Source: Epiperipatus broadwayi (lineage: Eukaryota; Animalia; Onychophora). Taken from it: DNA of 64,000 nucleotides. The position numbers and the translations under genes are program-made. This document shows positions 26,560-39,541 of the stretch, one piece after another. Under the pieces are notes generated by a model. The model did no database searches. It was given only the letters and a program-made list of their open reading frames with translations, and was not told the DNA's origin. The DNA is taken from positions 11,346,001 through 11,410,000 of the forward strand of contig JAQFVV010000006.1 in the NCBI GenBank assembly GCA_028023455.1, read 5' to 3'. Numbering within the stretch: the first letter of the stretch is position 1; each line of letters opens with the position of its first letter.

Positions 26560-26920
26560 AGGAAAATTATCTTGAACCATTCTATAAATAATAACAACAA
26601 TTTATTAAATCTCCAAACGTTTTCGAAGGCTTACCCTTCGTTATCAAGAAGTACAAACTCTCTTATCATTTTTCAATGATATACTGATATGCAAATATTC
26701 GAACAAAACTGGATGAATATGCAAATAAGAATCAGAGTGCCTCCACTCGCCATTTCTTTGACAAGGCGGAAAACGACTCCCTTTTGTTCATTGCGTGCTC
26801 ATCTGAGATGATGAAACACGCCTCCTTAATCTTCTTCGCAAATCACTCCGCTCCCTACACAATACTCTGGGTCCATAGTATGTTTTGAGTGGTATTATTT
26901 TCCCCTTTTCTTCAGATATT
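26560..26920 (-). mobile_element. Penelope-like element 3' end (GIY-YIG tail plus hammerhead-like UTR)
   Basis: Minus strand AKKIKEACFIISDEHAMNKRESFSALSKKWR resembles the PLE GIY-YIG C-terminus (RKIKEAxxI...MNR...L..W); followed by CTTGATAAC-GAAGG-GTAAG-CCTTC-GAAA-ACGT. Confidence 0.65.
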
Positions 26921-27449
26921 GCTGGCTTGACTAGTAAACTATTAGCACGGGAATCTAACTAGTGACTTTTAGATTTACGAATACTGAATTTAAAATGATG
27001 TTGTAATCAACCAGGCTAGTTTGCCAAAAATAATAATAAATAAAAATTTTATATACTTATCTATGAGGGTATACTCGATTTCTCCATTTTTCCTTTTAAG
27101 GAAAGATTTACGAGTGGCTTCCAAACTTTATGATTACCACAACAACAGGCCGACTTATGGAACTATTCTATTGTCATGTGAACAGTTTCTTTAATAACTA
27201 TCTTTTACTGCTCTATCCAATATTTTTGATGGTCTGTTACTTTCAGTGTGCTAGATGGGTCATTTACCAAACCAGCAATCCCCGAAGAAAGACGAGAATA
27301 ATGTTATCACTTGTAATGTTGGGTTCTATATCAAACTGTGAGTTATTTGGAAACGTAAAGGTTCGAGTTTTTCTAAAAGCATTTAACACTTTCTACTAGT
27401 TGATGAAATAGTTAAACACAGAACTACAAATAAGATCTCCTAAGTGATT

Positions 27450-27565
27450 TAATGCTGTGGTAGTTGCTCAGACTCTAGGATGTAGGATCCTAAAATCAAT
27501 TCTGGTGTTAATATTTCCAGTGCTCAAATTTTTATGAACTTTTGAGTAATAAAACCATTTGAATA
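27450..27565 (+). mobile_element. Diverged tRNA-derived SINE copy
   Basis: TGAGTAATAAAACCAT tail and A-box-like head shared with 733 and 24206. Confidence 0.45.
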
Positions 27566-27909
27566 TTTTTGAAATGGATGTTTAACAATCTTTCCACACA
27601 CCACGTCTTGCAACTAACGTGCATCAATACGTGAAACTAATGTCTCCTTGTAGAAATGAGACTTCAAGTAAAATACTGTCATCACAAACCTTCAAACAAC
27701 ATTTCGTACAAATGACCAGTTAGGAGTCATATAATCAACTACTACTAACTAAATCAATATATCCGTGACTTTTGTTGTTGAAATGTAATTTCCTATTTGT
27801 CCGATTATTATAAGGAATATGTACATATGGATATAGGTTTAATAAATAAAAACTAATAATGCATAAATAGTAAAATGGTTAATGATTAGTATAAAAAAAA
27901 ATGTCTTAC

Positions 27910-27975
27910 TAATAAAATATCAGCCACAATGGCCCAATTCAAACATAACAAGGTTTCCCCAATAAAGATTAAAAC
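27910..27975 (-). CDS. spin: Spinster coding exon
   Basis: VLIFIGETLLCLNWAIVADILL; CCTTTCAG acceptor, GTAAGA donor; 66 nt, phase 0. Confidence 0.96.
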
Positions 27976-28099
27976 CTGAAAGGAAAAAAAAAAGTACACA
28001 CACACACTATATAATCAAATACTGTACTAGTAATAATAGCTAAAATATAAAATCATATAACATTAAGTACTAAAAAACAACAAATTTATACCAAAATTA

Positions 28100-28720
28100 T
28101 TTCATGATCATGAGAGGTTTATTACACAAATCGACCTTCTCAAGTGAAAATCAACAAAACATAACACCCACCCACATAAAAAAACAGAACTCGTTAATTC
28201 AAAACAATCCGCTGATAAAAAATCTATGGTATAGTTTATATAATATTGAAATATGAGTATGATGTAGGGAGTTTGAACCCAAACTTTCAAGCTCCCTACA
28301 GTCACCCACTCTATCCAATATAATCGATACACATAATGAGAATACATATGAAAAAGATAAATAATCTTCAATATACATATTTCATGCTGAGCCAGCACTC
28401 ATCAGTTGATCCAGATTATCATCTCCCACACACATATCTAATCAGTGCTTAGTTTATATTAAGATAGCAAATCTTCAAACTTTAATTGACAGGCTTCAAT
28501 CTTCTCCGCCCTAACTCTTCAGCCATCCATATCATTGAAAATCAGAAGATAGAATGCTCAAAGCCCGTGTTGTTGCCAATATTATTGGCATACTCATGTT
28601 GACTTTTAAGTCACTCTGACCCCTCACCTATAGGAATTTAATATGCCCATTTAAATACACCATTATTAAAGTTCATATTTTATAATAGATCAAATACATA
28701 CATATGTGATTATCAAACAC
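28100..28720 (-). mobile_element. Penelope-like element 3' fragment (family F1) with hammerhead at 28367-28410
   Basis: Colinear with 62700-63077; minus strand ATCAA-CTGATGA-GTGCTG-GCT-CAGCAT-GAAA-TATGTA-TA-TTGAA. Confidence 0.8.
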
Positions 28721-30303
28721 CTAGATTTATGTAATATATGTGGTCCCACTTAAATACAGTGAAAACAATATACACTACTTCAATTATGCTAGCCAAAAAA
28801 AAATATATAAATAAATAAAAAGTAAAAAACATTAAAATTCGTAAATTTAATCAGTTTTACGATATATCTGCTGTTATTTTCCCATCTCGGAGCACCATAT
28901 GTGATCATGTTTATTAATAATTCTTTTTAAGCTTGGGTCATAGTCTAATGATAAAGAAACTGCCATTTTGTTTCTATTGGAGGGGGGGGTTTATTGCAGA
29001 ATAAAGATGTTGTTTAGGGCGTTTATCTTTTATATATGTGTGTGTTAAAATGTATACGTGCTTGTTCAGTAAACAATTCTTTTCTATTCTAATTAAAGCT
29101 TATCAATAAAACAGGAGTTATTATACGAGATGCACGATATATGTGAGAAGTTTGGAACAAAATACAGTAGATATGGCGGCTCCACTGTATATATAACAAT
29201 ACTGATGATATTAAATTGATCTGATTATAGGGGAATTTCCAATTACAGAACAAAATAGTATAATAGTGGCAAAATAAGTATTGTTTCTCTTTGTATACTG
29301 AGTTACTAATACATTTACATTCTTCTGTGTGATCTACTTAATTTGATTATATATTTAAGCATGTATTTGGTATATATATCCGAGTCTGTGTTTGATAATT
29401 ATGTGCAATAATAATTGTATCCATGGCATTTGGCTTCAAGAAACTTAGTTTCTGGCATTCTATTTATGAATTAAAATATGTATAGATGCAGATGCATTAT
29501 TCAGGAGTTTAGATTTCATTTGTCATTCATTTCTATGTTTGTGAGAGTTTTGTTTAATCAATTTTGCAACATATATATATATATACTTTAACAAGAAACT
29601 CTAACAAAAGAACTATTATAGGTAAATGAGAAAACTTGTTTAGCCTCGGTGATTGTCAGTTAGTGGTAATTGATCATTTCTTGATAACATCAAAGGTTAA
29701 AGGTTATGTCTGTTTACATGGATATGATTTCCTCACTTCAATTCCTTATTATAATATCAATCCATGGAAATATTTAATTCAACACATATGTCTATATGCA
29801 TATACATTTAAAATTGCTGCTCAATATATAATAAAATCATGTTTCTAGTTTGAATATTATAAGTCATTAGGTCAATGTATGAGGTGGGACTGATACTGTA
29901 TCCCCTGGAGAGAAACCACTTACAAAACGAAATACTGCAAGATGACATGGTAGTGGTCTGTTTCTCTCTGTGCAGGAATATGGATTACTAGCTAATAATT
30001 CATTTACATGCTTGCACAAGGTTTGATTAATCAATTTTCTTACATATAGGGATATAATGTTATACATGGAGCAACTAAATCCAAAGGACCTACCATAACA
30101 ACAATTCACATATCAAACTCAAAAGAACCAATATAACATATTTGTAAATAGCCTCTACTTTCTCATATCGATGCTAAGTGCCCAGTAGCCAAGTTTATTC
30201 TACCACCCTTTTGTTATGTATTGTGGATGAATTAAATATGTGAAAGGAGTGAAACACATATACATACACACATTTAAAAATAACGGTCATATAAAATACA
30301 TAC

Positions 30304-30499
30304 CCATGTGAGAGTAGTGTTGTGCCTGGAAAAGACTAGAGAAAGAAATAAAAATGGCATACACGATAACATTCCAAAAGCACAGACCAATGGATCAGCA
30401 CGAGGATTCGTTTTCCTCCATCTCTGAGCAATAGTTGAACCAGTTCCAACACCAACAAAACCTGCTATGCAGGTGATAATGCCAAAAATTAAGCTTATT
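30304..30499 (-). CDS. spin: Spinster coding exon
   Basis: (R)ISLIFGIITCIAGFVGVGTGSTIAQRWRKTNPRADPLVCAFGMLSCMPFLFLSLVFSRHNTTLTW, with the PRADPLVCA motif; 196 nt, phase 2 to 0. Confidence 0.96.
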
Positions 30500-30789
30500 C
30501 TAAAAAAAAAAAAAATAATTAAAAAGAAATGCTTTTAAAAGTTATCATTCTTAAATAGATTACAAAACAATACTGCATGTTTAATAATATATACATATAT
30601 TCATGATGACTGATATTACAAAAATACTCAAGATGCTACTACAGTAAATATATTAATATCATTCAACAAAAAATCTCGACCATAAAATGAATACTTACGA
30701 TCTAATAATAAGCATTTTTCCTCACTACGATGCCGGTATTTCATGATCAACTAATTATCTGTGATTTTTTTTTTTTTAAAGAATCACAA

Positions 30790-31090
30790 ATATTTATGAA
30801 TGAAAGAACAAACAGGTACCACTGATATTATTGAAAGAATTGAGACACTAAAATAGAATTGGGCAGGGAATATTTCTAGAAGAGATGACCATAAGTAAAC
30901 AATTGAAGTATTAAACAGGATCCCAAGTGATTGTAAAAGATCTATAAAGAAACCACATGCGAGACAAATGAATGAAATAAGAAAGTTCACTGGCATGTTG
31001 TGGAAAAGAGATATTAGGGTTCTGAGAAATTGGAATAAATTTGTAAAGACCTTCTTCCTGCAGTCGATTGATAATATATGAAAATCACAT
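30790..31090 (+). mobile_element. RTE LINE 3' fragment
   Basis: DIIERIETLK*NWAG...W..EVLNRIPSDCKRSIKKP, the RTE RT C-terminal motif. Confidence 0.8.
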
Positions 31091-32589
31091 AATCTCATAG
31101 TTTATTAAACGCTTTTCTGGAGCAAACTCTGTTAATCCTACATAGCCGCAATCTTATAAGTTTGAGCAATCAACAGATTATAGTATTTATTATTTTATGC
31201 TATCCTATCCATATCATCACATCAAATGCTTTATTTTTACAAGACATCTACACTCTTTCAGTCTTTCTGCATTCCCTACATTAATTAAGTCTATAAAAAA
31301 TTTCACTTTTCTGCATTTTTCACAATGCTTTTTATTCAATTATCAAACAGTTTTCGACTATCTAACAGACTTCTTCATAACTCATTTTTATATTTCCTTA
31401 TTTGTTTGACAATTTTTTTGATCAAATAATTTTTTTTATATAACAAAAGAGATAAAAAACACATTATTATACAAATAATAGTCAAAACGGTCAAATAAGT
31501 GAATAAAAAGCTTTGTGAAAAGTACAAAAAATATTTTTTTAGAGATTTTTTTTATATGTGAGAAAATAAAACTGGAGTTAACCATATAAAACTATATAAA
31601 TAAATATTAGTTATATTTAGTTTATAATGCATCTGGCATTTCAAATACCATATAAATTAATAAAATAGTTAAAAAAAAAAAAACCCTTCTTTTCTTCGTA
31701 ATCCTGTATTTATTCCTCTGAATATCTCATTATATTATCATGATATTTTGGCCACTTTCTATTATCATTACCAAAGATGTATTATTCTTTTTATATTTTT
31801 GTACCAATATTAAAAAAAAAAGATATATACTATCAACATTGTATAATTATTAAACATGTAATTAATAACACATATCTTTTTGAAAGAATCCAATAAGTGT
31901 TTCAAGTTCAATAGCAAAATATCAAGTATAAGGTTGGTAATACCAATTTTTTTTTCCCAATTTCAGATATAAACAAGCACATTGGCATAAAAATATGAAA
32001 AAAAAAAAAACATCCTTAGGAATAGTAAAAAAAAAAATGGCCGAAATTTCAGAATAATAAAAAATTTATAATCGATTCAAAGGAATAAATATAGGATTTC
32101 AAGGAACAAAACTGGACTGAATCTGGTTTTAAAGAAAATAGCAGAATAAAAGGATTTAATAAAATCAACATTTGTATTTTATTTCCAAAACAACATAATA
32201 TTATTTATATATATATTAATTAAAAGATTTTCATGGATTTATAGCTGTAAATATTGAGAGTATTAATAGGATTTTCTAAGCATATTTCTAGATAAACTTC
32301 AGCTATGATGTCATCAGGAAAATGACCAATTAAGCACGGACATTGCAAATCAAAACCACATAATATAATAATGATTTAAAAATGGACCAGACAAAATACC
32401 ATTACTAGATGATGAGATTTCAGCTTGCGATGCTAATTTTTAATTAATGGCTCTTTGCCATGGTTATATTATAGTTGAAGTTTATCTAGAAATTTACATG
32501 GAAATTCCGGTTAACATTCTCAATATTTATATAGTGAGACAAAATTTGATGATGTGTGCATGCATAATATCTAATTTATACAAGGAACA

Positions 32590-33200
32590 ATAAGAAAAAG
32601 ATACACAAAAAGAAGAAAATAAAGATTGATAATGGGTTAGAACAATTAACATCTACAAATACCTTAGTCAGATTGATGGAAACATAATGAATGAAATTAA
32701 TTATAGAATTAAACTTGGACGGAGTGCCTTTGTTAGAAATAACTTAATATTAAAAGGAAATATGCCTATGTGTTTGAAAAGGAAAGTCTTTAATAAATGT
32801 GTTTTATCAGTACTTACTTATAATCGAGACTCATACACTTAACAGAAGAGCGATACAGAGACATCAGACTACTCAAAGAAGTAATGAGAGATGTACGTTA
32901 GGAGTAAAAGGAAAAGTCAGAAAACGAAATACATGAGTGAGAGAACAAACAGGTGTTACTGACATCATTGAAAAAATTAAAAGACTCAATACTGCTGTAA
33001 GAGATGATAATAGATGGATGATTGAAATCTTAAATGGGATTCCAAGAGATTGTAAAAGACCTAGAAAAAGACCACATGTGAGATGGATCAAATAAGAACA
33101 TGTGTTGATGTGATGTGGAGAAAGTGGATTAAACTTGGAGACCTTCATCCTGCAATTCATCAATAATGGTTGAAAATGATGAATGATGATGATGATGACA
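32590..33200 (+). mobile_element. RTE LINE 3' fragment with (GAT)n tail
   Basis: RIKLGRSAF, KRKVFNKCVLSVLTY and DNRWMIEILNGIPRDCKRP remnants; GATGATGATGATG tail. Confidence 0.85.
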
Positions 33201-33717
33201 AAAATTATATACATAATTATTAAAAGAAAGTCTAGAATGATTTAAATATTAAGTAAATAATGATAGTCTTAATAATTTCCAATAGATTATTTAAAATTAA
33301 ATAAAGTTCTTGCTGATAGATTTAATTCATTTCTGGTTTTGATGAAAATAAAAGTGAATTAATAAAGTTGCTACGATTGGATAATAAAAAAATTGTAGAA
33401 AAAAATAAAATGCAGCTGTAGATTTGAAAAGATTGTTTAAATATAAATTTGTACTTAAAATAAGACAAAGAAAAAAAAAATCAAAAAATTTTTTCTGTCC
33501 TTAATCAATAGAAGATAAATTTATATTGTTTTGATGAATATAAAGTTTAAAAAAAATTGTATAACAGCTATAATCTATATTTTTATTAATTAAGAAGAAA
33601 AAATTATGTAACTTTTAAATCCTTATGTTTATCCATCTCCACAATCTTTACCATCTAGCTATAAATACTGAGTCAGATATTAAACTCAAAAAGTTTGTAA
33701 AGTTAGGAAGAGTTTTT

Positions 33718-34805
33718 GGTACTTATAACCTAATCGGGCTTGGCCACTTGATGGCATTCTGGCTCGCCAAAACACCTAAAAATCCGTTTACAAGACCTGA
33801 CTTACGGCTATAGAAAACATCTAATGTTTGTCTTAACCATTAGAAGGCCGTTGATGATGACATAACGCAGAAATAATACGGCCTATTTCTGCTTCGCGAC
33901 AGTTACTGGGAATCCACACACTTATCTTTCATGTACAGTTTGATATATATGTGTGTGTAGTTTGATTAGTCAAATTTTTACAATATACGTTACACAATCT
34001 TTGTATTTGTAATGAATTTAAGAAACCTGACTTTATAGTAATTTTCCAAATGGCCACACCCTTATTTAGAGAAGGTGTAATGTGTAAAAGCTTGTCGAGG
34101 CTACATCAACAGAATTTGGCCGAGTTCGCGTGCGAAATCTCGTTTTCACGTGAAATACCAAGTAGTTCATAAAATGGCTGGCGATCGTGTAACTTTTTCC
34201 GCAGTTGCCGAAAACAGAAGCCGAGTATTTCTGCTGTCCAATAAAAATATACACGATTTTTTGTAAATTTCATAGAAATCACATATTATAAACATGTTTA
34301 ATAAGTAAAGAAGACATTTATATGTGTTTGTTGTTGTTTAAAAAAGTTTGAGTTTCTTTCTTTTGTCTGACTACGGTTACGATTTTGATATTTTTTATTT
34401 TAGCATTAGAAACAACAAAACACTAACCCTAAATTAACCATAAAACTAACCCTAACCCTACACAGTTGTTTTGTTATGTAGAAAGCAATAATTAAGCAAA
34501 AGACATCGCTAAATAGACATCGCAAAAAAAGTTCTAGCAATCAATCAATTAATAGCTAAAAAGGAGGAATGATGATAATTTGTCCAAAAACAGCGATTTA
34601 AAAATAAAAAAAAAGGTTGTCGTTTACTAAATACAAAATTAAAAAGGCATGAAAAAAAAAAGTTATAGCAATCAATAAATTAATAACCAAAAAAAAAAAA
34701 AAACAGCGATTTAAAAATCACACGGCCCCGTAAAGCGTACATTGTACTGTTTTTGACTGCCAACAACGCCATCAAGTGGCCAAGCCCGATTACGTTATAA
34801 TTACC
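33718..34805. mobile_element. Non-autonomous DNA element with ~38-bp inverted repeats and an internal TAACCC tract
   Basis: GGTACTTATAACCTAATCGGGCTTGGCCACTTGATGGC versus GCCATCAAGTGGCCAAGCCCGATTACGTTATAATTACC; CTAACCCTAACCCTA near 34445. Confidence 0.75.
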
Positions 34806-35349
34806 GAGTTCTGTTGCTAAGAGACCTCCATGCTGGTTAGAGAATTGCATGCCAATGCTCCCTGTGCCGGAAACATAACTCATTGAACAATGTAGTCACT
34901 ATTTGCTATATATGAAGCTCAAAGAGTATCAAAATATAAATTAGTAAAGGCCATCAGTATTTTTCTTGTCTATCTTTTAACCAAGACATTTTCATATGGC
35001 CATTTATATATGAAGTCAATATACTAAACAAGTATAGATGGAAGAAATCTACTGTTGATAGAAGAATCCGGTAATATATATATAATGTGTATAGAAGCAT
35101 GAAAGAATCAAATCTACTGTTAACAGAAAGTAATACAATAATTATATACTATACATATGGTTTAAAATAATAATTCCAGTAATAAAAAAAACTGCTTATT
35201 TGTATAAAAAAAATATATCCACTTGTGACATTACCTGCCCAATTCTGATGGGTGCTAATAGAAATCAAAAACCTTAAAAATTCTCATAAGTAAGCACTCT
35301 GCTCTCTCACATAAGCTATTTCTAAATAAAATTTAATTATTGGCAAACA

Positions 35350-36060
35350 TATGAAATTGAAAATAATAATAGTATATCAAATAATAGTCAATCTTTTTTG
35401 TTATGTAGTAACAAATACATTACAAAAAAGTTCAGATATTGACCTGGAATCCAAAGATCTGGATTTCTTAATTAAACAAATGTCACAGCCCTGCCTTCGG
35501 ATTATTTTCTCTCCTACAAGAGACACTTCACAAATGTGGATCCACTATGTGCCCTCTATCATAGAAATGAAGAAATATTGGGACACTTTCTTATGGATTG
35601 TTCCTCACTTCTTCGTTGTCGTACTCTTATCACTAGCATTACTCATTCAAACTCAGTAACAATCAACAATCTCATAAAAAATAAACAAAGTGATCTTTTC
35701 CCCGATATAAGAATTATTACACTCATTCTTTTCACATTCTGGTTCATAAGATGCTATTTAAGTTTTAATCCCACATCTCACAAAACTAAATCACACTTTG
35801 TAAAAAAATTAAATAACATAAAGACCAGAGATCAAACCCTTGTACCAGCTGATATTTTTGCAGCTATATAGAATCTGATCACATTAACAACAATCCAGTG
35901 GCTTGGTATTGAATATACTAATTAATATGCGTTAGATATATATTGATTATTGCTCAATTATATGAACATCTATCCTATTGCTTTTCTACTTGAAATCTCT
36001 TTTGTTTCAATAATACTTGTAAATAATCTCCAATATATAAAGTAAACCTAATAAAGTTAT
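35350..36060 (+). mobile_element. L1/Tx1-like LINE 3' fragment (zf-RVT region)
   Basis: PLCALYHRNEEILGHFLMDC...R (CxxC..H...C finger) and FWFIRCYLSF (IWxxRN-like). Confidence 0.65.
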
Positions 36061-37574
36061 TTTAAAAGTAGAACTGCAGGATAGAAATTCTAATTAATGA
36101 AGAAAACAAAGCAACGATTCAATTACGTCCCAAGAGAGAAAAAAATGAGAAATTAGAGTTAAGTATGATGAAAATTGATAAATATATAGTTAAAAAAATA
36201 TAACTGAGTAAATGCAGGATGTGTTTACTGTCCAAAATTATTTTGTAATAGATGATAAATGAAAACATAAATCTTTTAAAAATAATGTTTGCTACATTTT
36301 TTACATGGAAGAACGTAAAAATAATTTAGCCTATAATTTAAAGACAAATTAATAATTAAATAATTGAAATATTTTTATATTAGCAAATGCATGTGTGTTT
36401 GTATACAAATATCTGTTTCTAAATCAATTCACTGTTTGTATACTACATCTATTGTTTTAATTTCTACTTATTTAATAACTGATATCTAAGTAATATTTGT
36501 AAATAATTCAGAATTAGATATAATCTATTTTATGCTATTGGAAAATATTTATTTTAAACTTATCATTGTTTATTGTTAACAATAATTAACTATTTAAATT
36601 ATTAAACGTTCATTTTACTCTTGTATATATATTTGTGGTCTCTTGCTATTCATGAAGCTAGGACAATCCATAATAGAATTTGGTATGTGCTTAGACTCTA
36701 TATAATTCTCTTCTGAATTATAAGAATGGTATTTAAATAATAATGACTCTGTAGCATTATGAGTCACACTTAAGGCCAACATACCCTAGTAATGTTATGC
36801 ATAACAATTATTTTATTCACAGCTGGTACATGCATGGTCTTGAGTTGAGGCGGACATTTTAATAATCATAGCACATTTATATACAACTTATATATGACTA
36901 TTATCAATCAACATTTTATAGTCACCTACAAATGATTAGCTAATGTGGGAACATGCTAATATCATATGTGTGTGTGTGTGCTAGTTCTATATTCCACTAT
37001 TAAAAAGATCAGAACAAATATAATCAGTCCAGCTGCAGTAAAAAATTCTCAGAAAGAAGTATAAAGTTGCAGAATTAATTCAAAAATTTAAGTGTATCCT
37101 CCAGTTAATGTCAGAATTGTAATTAGAGGACAATGAAATTAATGTATCCTATGCTTTAAATGGATCACTTTATCAAAACCATGCAAGACTAAAGAAATGG
37201 AAAAGATATGGATTAATTGGCTATGTTTTTCTGGAAGGACAACTATCACTTCTGCAATGAATTACGTGGAAATGAAACTTTAAAGCTTTATTACTTAATT
37301 CGTCAAACTCCTTACTTGTATTAGAAAATTATCAATCATGCTTGCATTTAACTAAAGAAAAGTACAGATTGAATGCTAAGGAAATTTACAATTTGGATAG
37401 ATTTTGTTAAATGGACATTTGAATTTAAATGACACATGCAAATTTCCTGTGACATTTATAACATTAAGGTCATTTAAATCATATTTAAATGAATTATATC
37501 TAACTTCAATAATTGTGTTACAATTTTTTCTTTTGATTTGTCAAACACATTTATAAAACTGAAATATATGTCAA

Positions 37575-37647
37575 GCATTGGTGGCCGAGTGGTTAGCACA
37601 GCTGACTTACAAGCAGTTGTCCTGGGGTTCGCTTCCCGGCCGACGCT
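37575..37647 (+). pseudogene. tRNA-Gly(TCC)-derived pseudogene or SINE head; anticodon drifted to TAC
   Basis: GCATTGGTGGCCGAGTGGTTAGCACAGCTGACTTACAAGCAGTTGTCCTGGGGTTCGCTTCCCGGCCGACGC aligns with eukaryotic tRNA-Gly-TCC; stem mismatches, T-loop A58 changed to C. Confidence 0.8.
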
Positions 37648-38539
37648 TTGACACATTAAAAAAAAACTGATATATATATATGCATGTGGATTAAATTCAA
37701 TTTGTTTTAAGAGTTACGTTATTTAAAAATCCTTTTAATTTTCAATTCATATATTGCGTATAAAAATAAAGCATTTAATGAATGTTTGTTTCCAAAAGAA
37801 ATTATTTTAAGTTTTAAAACAATTTTTTGCTTTTGATTCTTGAACAAAAAAAATGAAAATCTCTGTAATTTGGTCTAAAGTTTTAAAATTACTTAATATA
37901 TAAATGTTAATATCATTATTTAAATGTAGTAGTTATATTTTATGAAATGTTTTTTTATATTTCTAATAGGATTATATTTGTTGTTATTATATTACATTAT
38001 ATAATCTATCTTTGTATCAGATGCCTATAAGTTTTTCTAAGATAATTCAGCTCGTAGGTATCTATGTTCAGACATGAAGTATAATAAGGTATGACATATT
38101 TCTTAGTTTAATCAAGGAATAATGGATATTATTTTGTAATTCCAACTGATAGATGGCACTCTTATAATACTGTATGATTAAGAACATTATAGCTATATAA
38201 TGAAAAGCAGCGCATATATAAATTTGTGCCATTTAAACATGGAATCTAGCTAAAAAGCTAACACATCTTCCTCTTTGATGTTATTTACGTTGAAATTAAT
38301 ATTTTTTTGGCTCCTGGATGATCATTCATCATCATTGCAATTGGATCCACCACATCCAATTAAATTCAGTTACATTTCTGTAACTCCCCCTTCCCCCAAC
38401 AATAAATGTATTAAGATACATCTTTATCAACATGCGATCAAGTTTATAGAGAATTAATAATACGTTCCACAATATAAAGATATATATATCTTATGATCAC
38501 CATTTCTTATGCTTGCTCATAACTATTATTAAAACAGGC

Positions 38540-38640
38540 AAAACTATTTATGCAGTAGTGCCACTCGGTGCAAGCCAGAGTAATCAATGGATGCCAGAAG
38601 GCTTATGCATAAAATCCCTATTTAGTGCCTACTCATCCAA
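38540..38640 (-). mobile_element. Family F2 partial copy (left member of an inverted pair)
   Basis: Homology to 4205; inverted relative to 38850-38975. Confidence 0.75.
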
Positions 38641-38849
38641 TCCTGCCTAATAGGATAGTGGTGGCTATGGTTATTAAACAACCAAAGACACCAAAATGTA
38701 CGGGTACTGAACTGAGTTCAGATCTATATGACTATATAAGCTAATGAGCTTAGATTGAAAATATTATCGTCTTTTCAATTTTATTCTCATAGTTTTGTAG
38801 TTAAGGAGAGATAAAAGGTGACTGCTAGAGGGTTGCATTAGATTCATAT

Positions 38850-38975
38850 AGTGCTCTCAGATCCAAGGCTCCTCACTGATGAAGACCACAAGCCAGAAAC
38901 TAGTCTGGGAATATTGGCTGAGTAGGCACTAGATAGGGATTTTATACACAAGCCTTCTGGCATCCATTGATTAAT
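38850..38975 (+). mobile_element. Family F2 copy with hammerhead-like motif at 38871-38910
   Basis: CCTCA-CTGATGA-AGACCACAAGCCA-GAAAC-TA-GTC-TGGGA; stem III palindrome ACTAGT. Confidence 0.75.
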
Positions 38976-38999
38976 CTGTTTTTATACACATCTTAATAA

Positions 39000-39400
39000 C
39001 AAAAAGGGAATATTAAAGTTAATGATATGACTATAAATATCGAGATGTTAGAATAAATGGATAAATGTATGTTAGGAGTAACGAGAAAAGATGAGAAAAA
39101 TGGATAAATAATCAAACAGTATCACCAACATCACTGAAAGAATTAAGAGACTGGAATGGAACTGGGCTAAATATAGTGCTAGAAAAAATTACCATAAATG
39201 GACAGCTGAATTTTAAAATAGGATCCTAAAAGATTGTAAAAGACTTAGAAAGATACTATATGTCAGATGGATGGATGAAATAAGGAATTTTATTGATATG
39301 TTGCAAAGATGGTGCTAAAGATTGGAGAAAATCGATTAATCTCGAGACTTTTATCATGCAATGTATCAATAATTGCTGAAGATGATGATGATGAAGAAGA
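39000..39400 (+). mobile_element. RTE LINE 3' fragment with (GAT)n tail
   Basis: ITERIKRLEWNWAKYSARK..HKW remnant; GATGATGATGATGAAG tail. Confidence 0.8.
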
Positions 39401-39541
39401 CAAAAAAATGGCAAACTACTATCAATGATGATCAAGTGCTAGGCTTAATTGTAGTATCCTTTTACCTAATTAAGCCTACCTACTTATAAACAAAACACAT
39501 GCACGCACACACACACAATTAAATATTGACTATATTTATAC

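Noticed and set aside
37575-37647. Functional anticodon-switched tRNA (Gly body, Val TAC anticodon)
   Set aside because: Mismatches in the acceptor and anticodon stems, an extra base near the T-stem and loss of A58 indicate decay.
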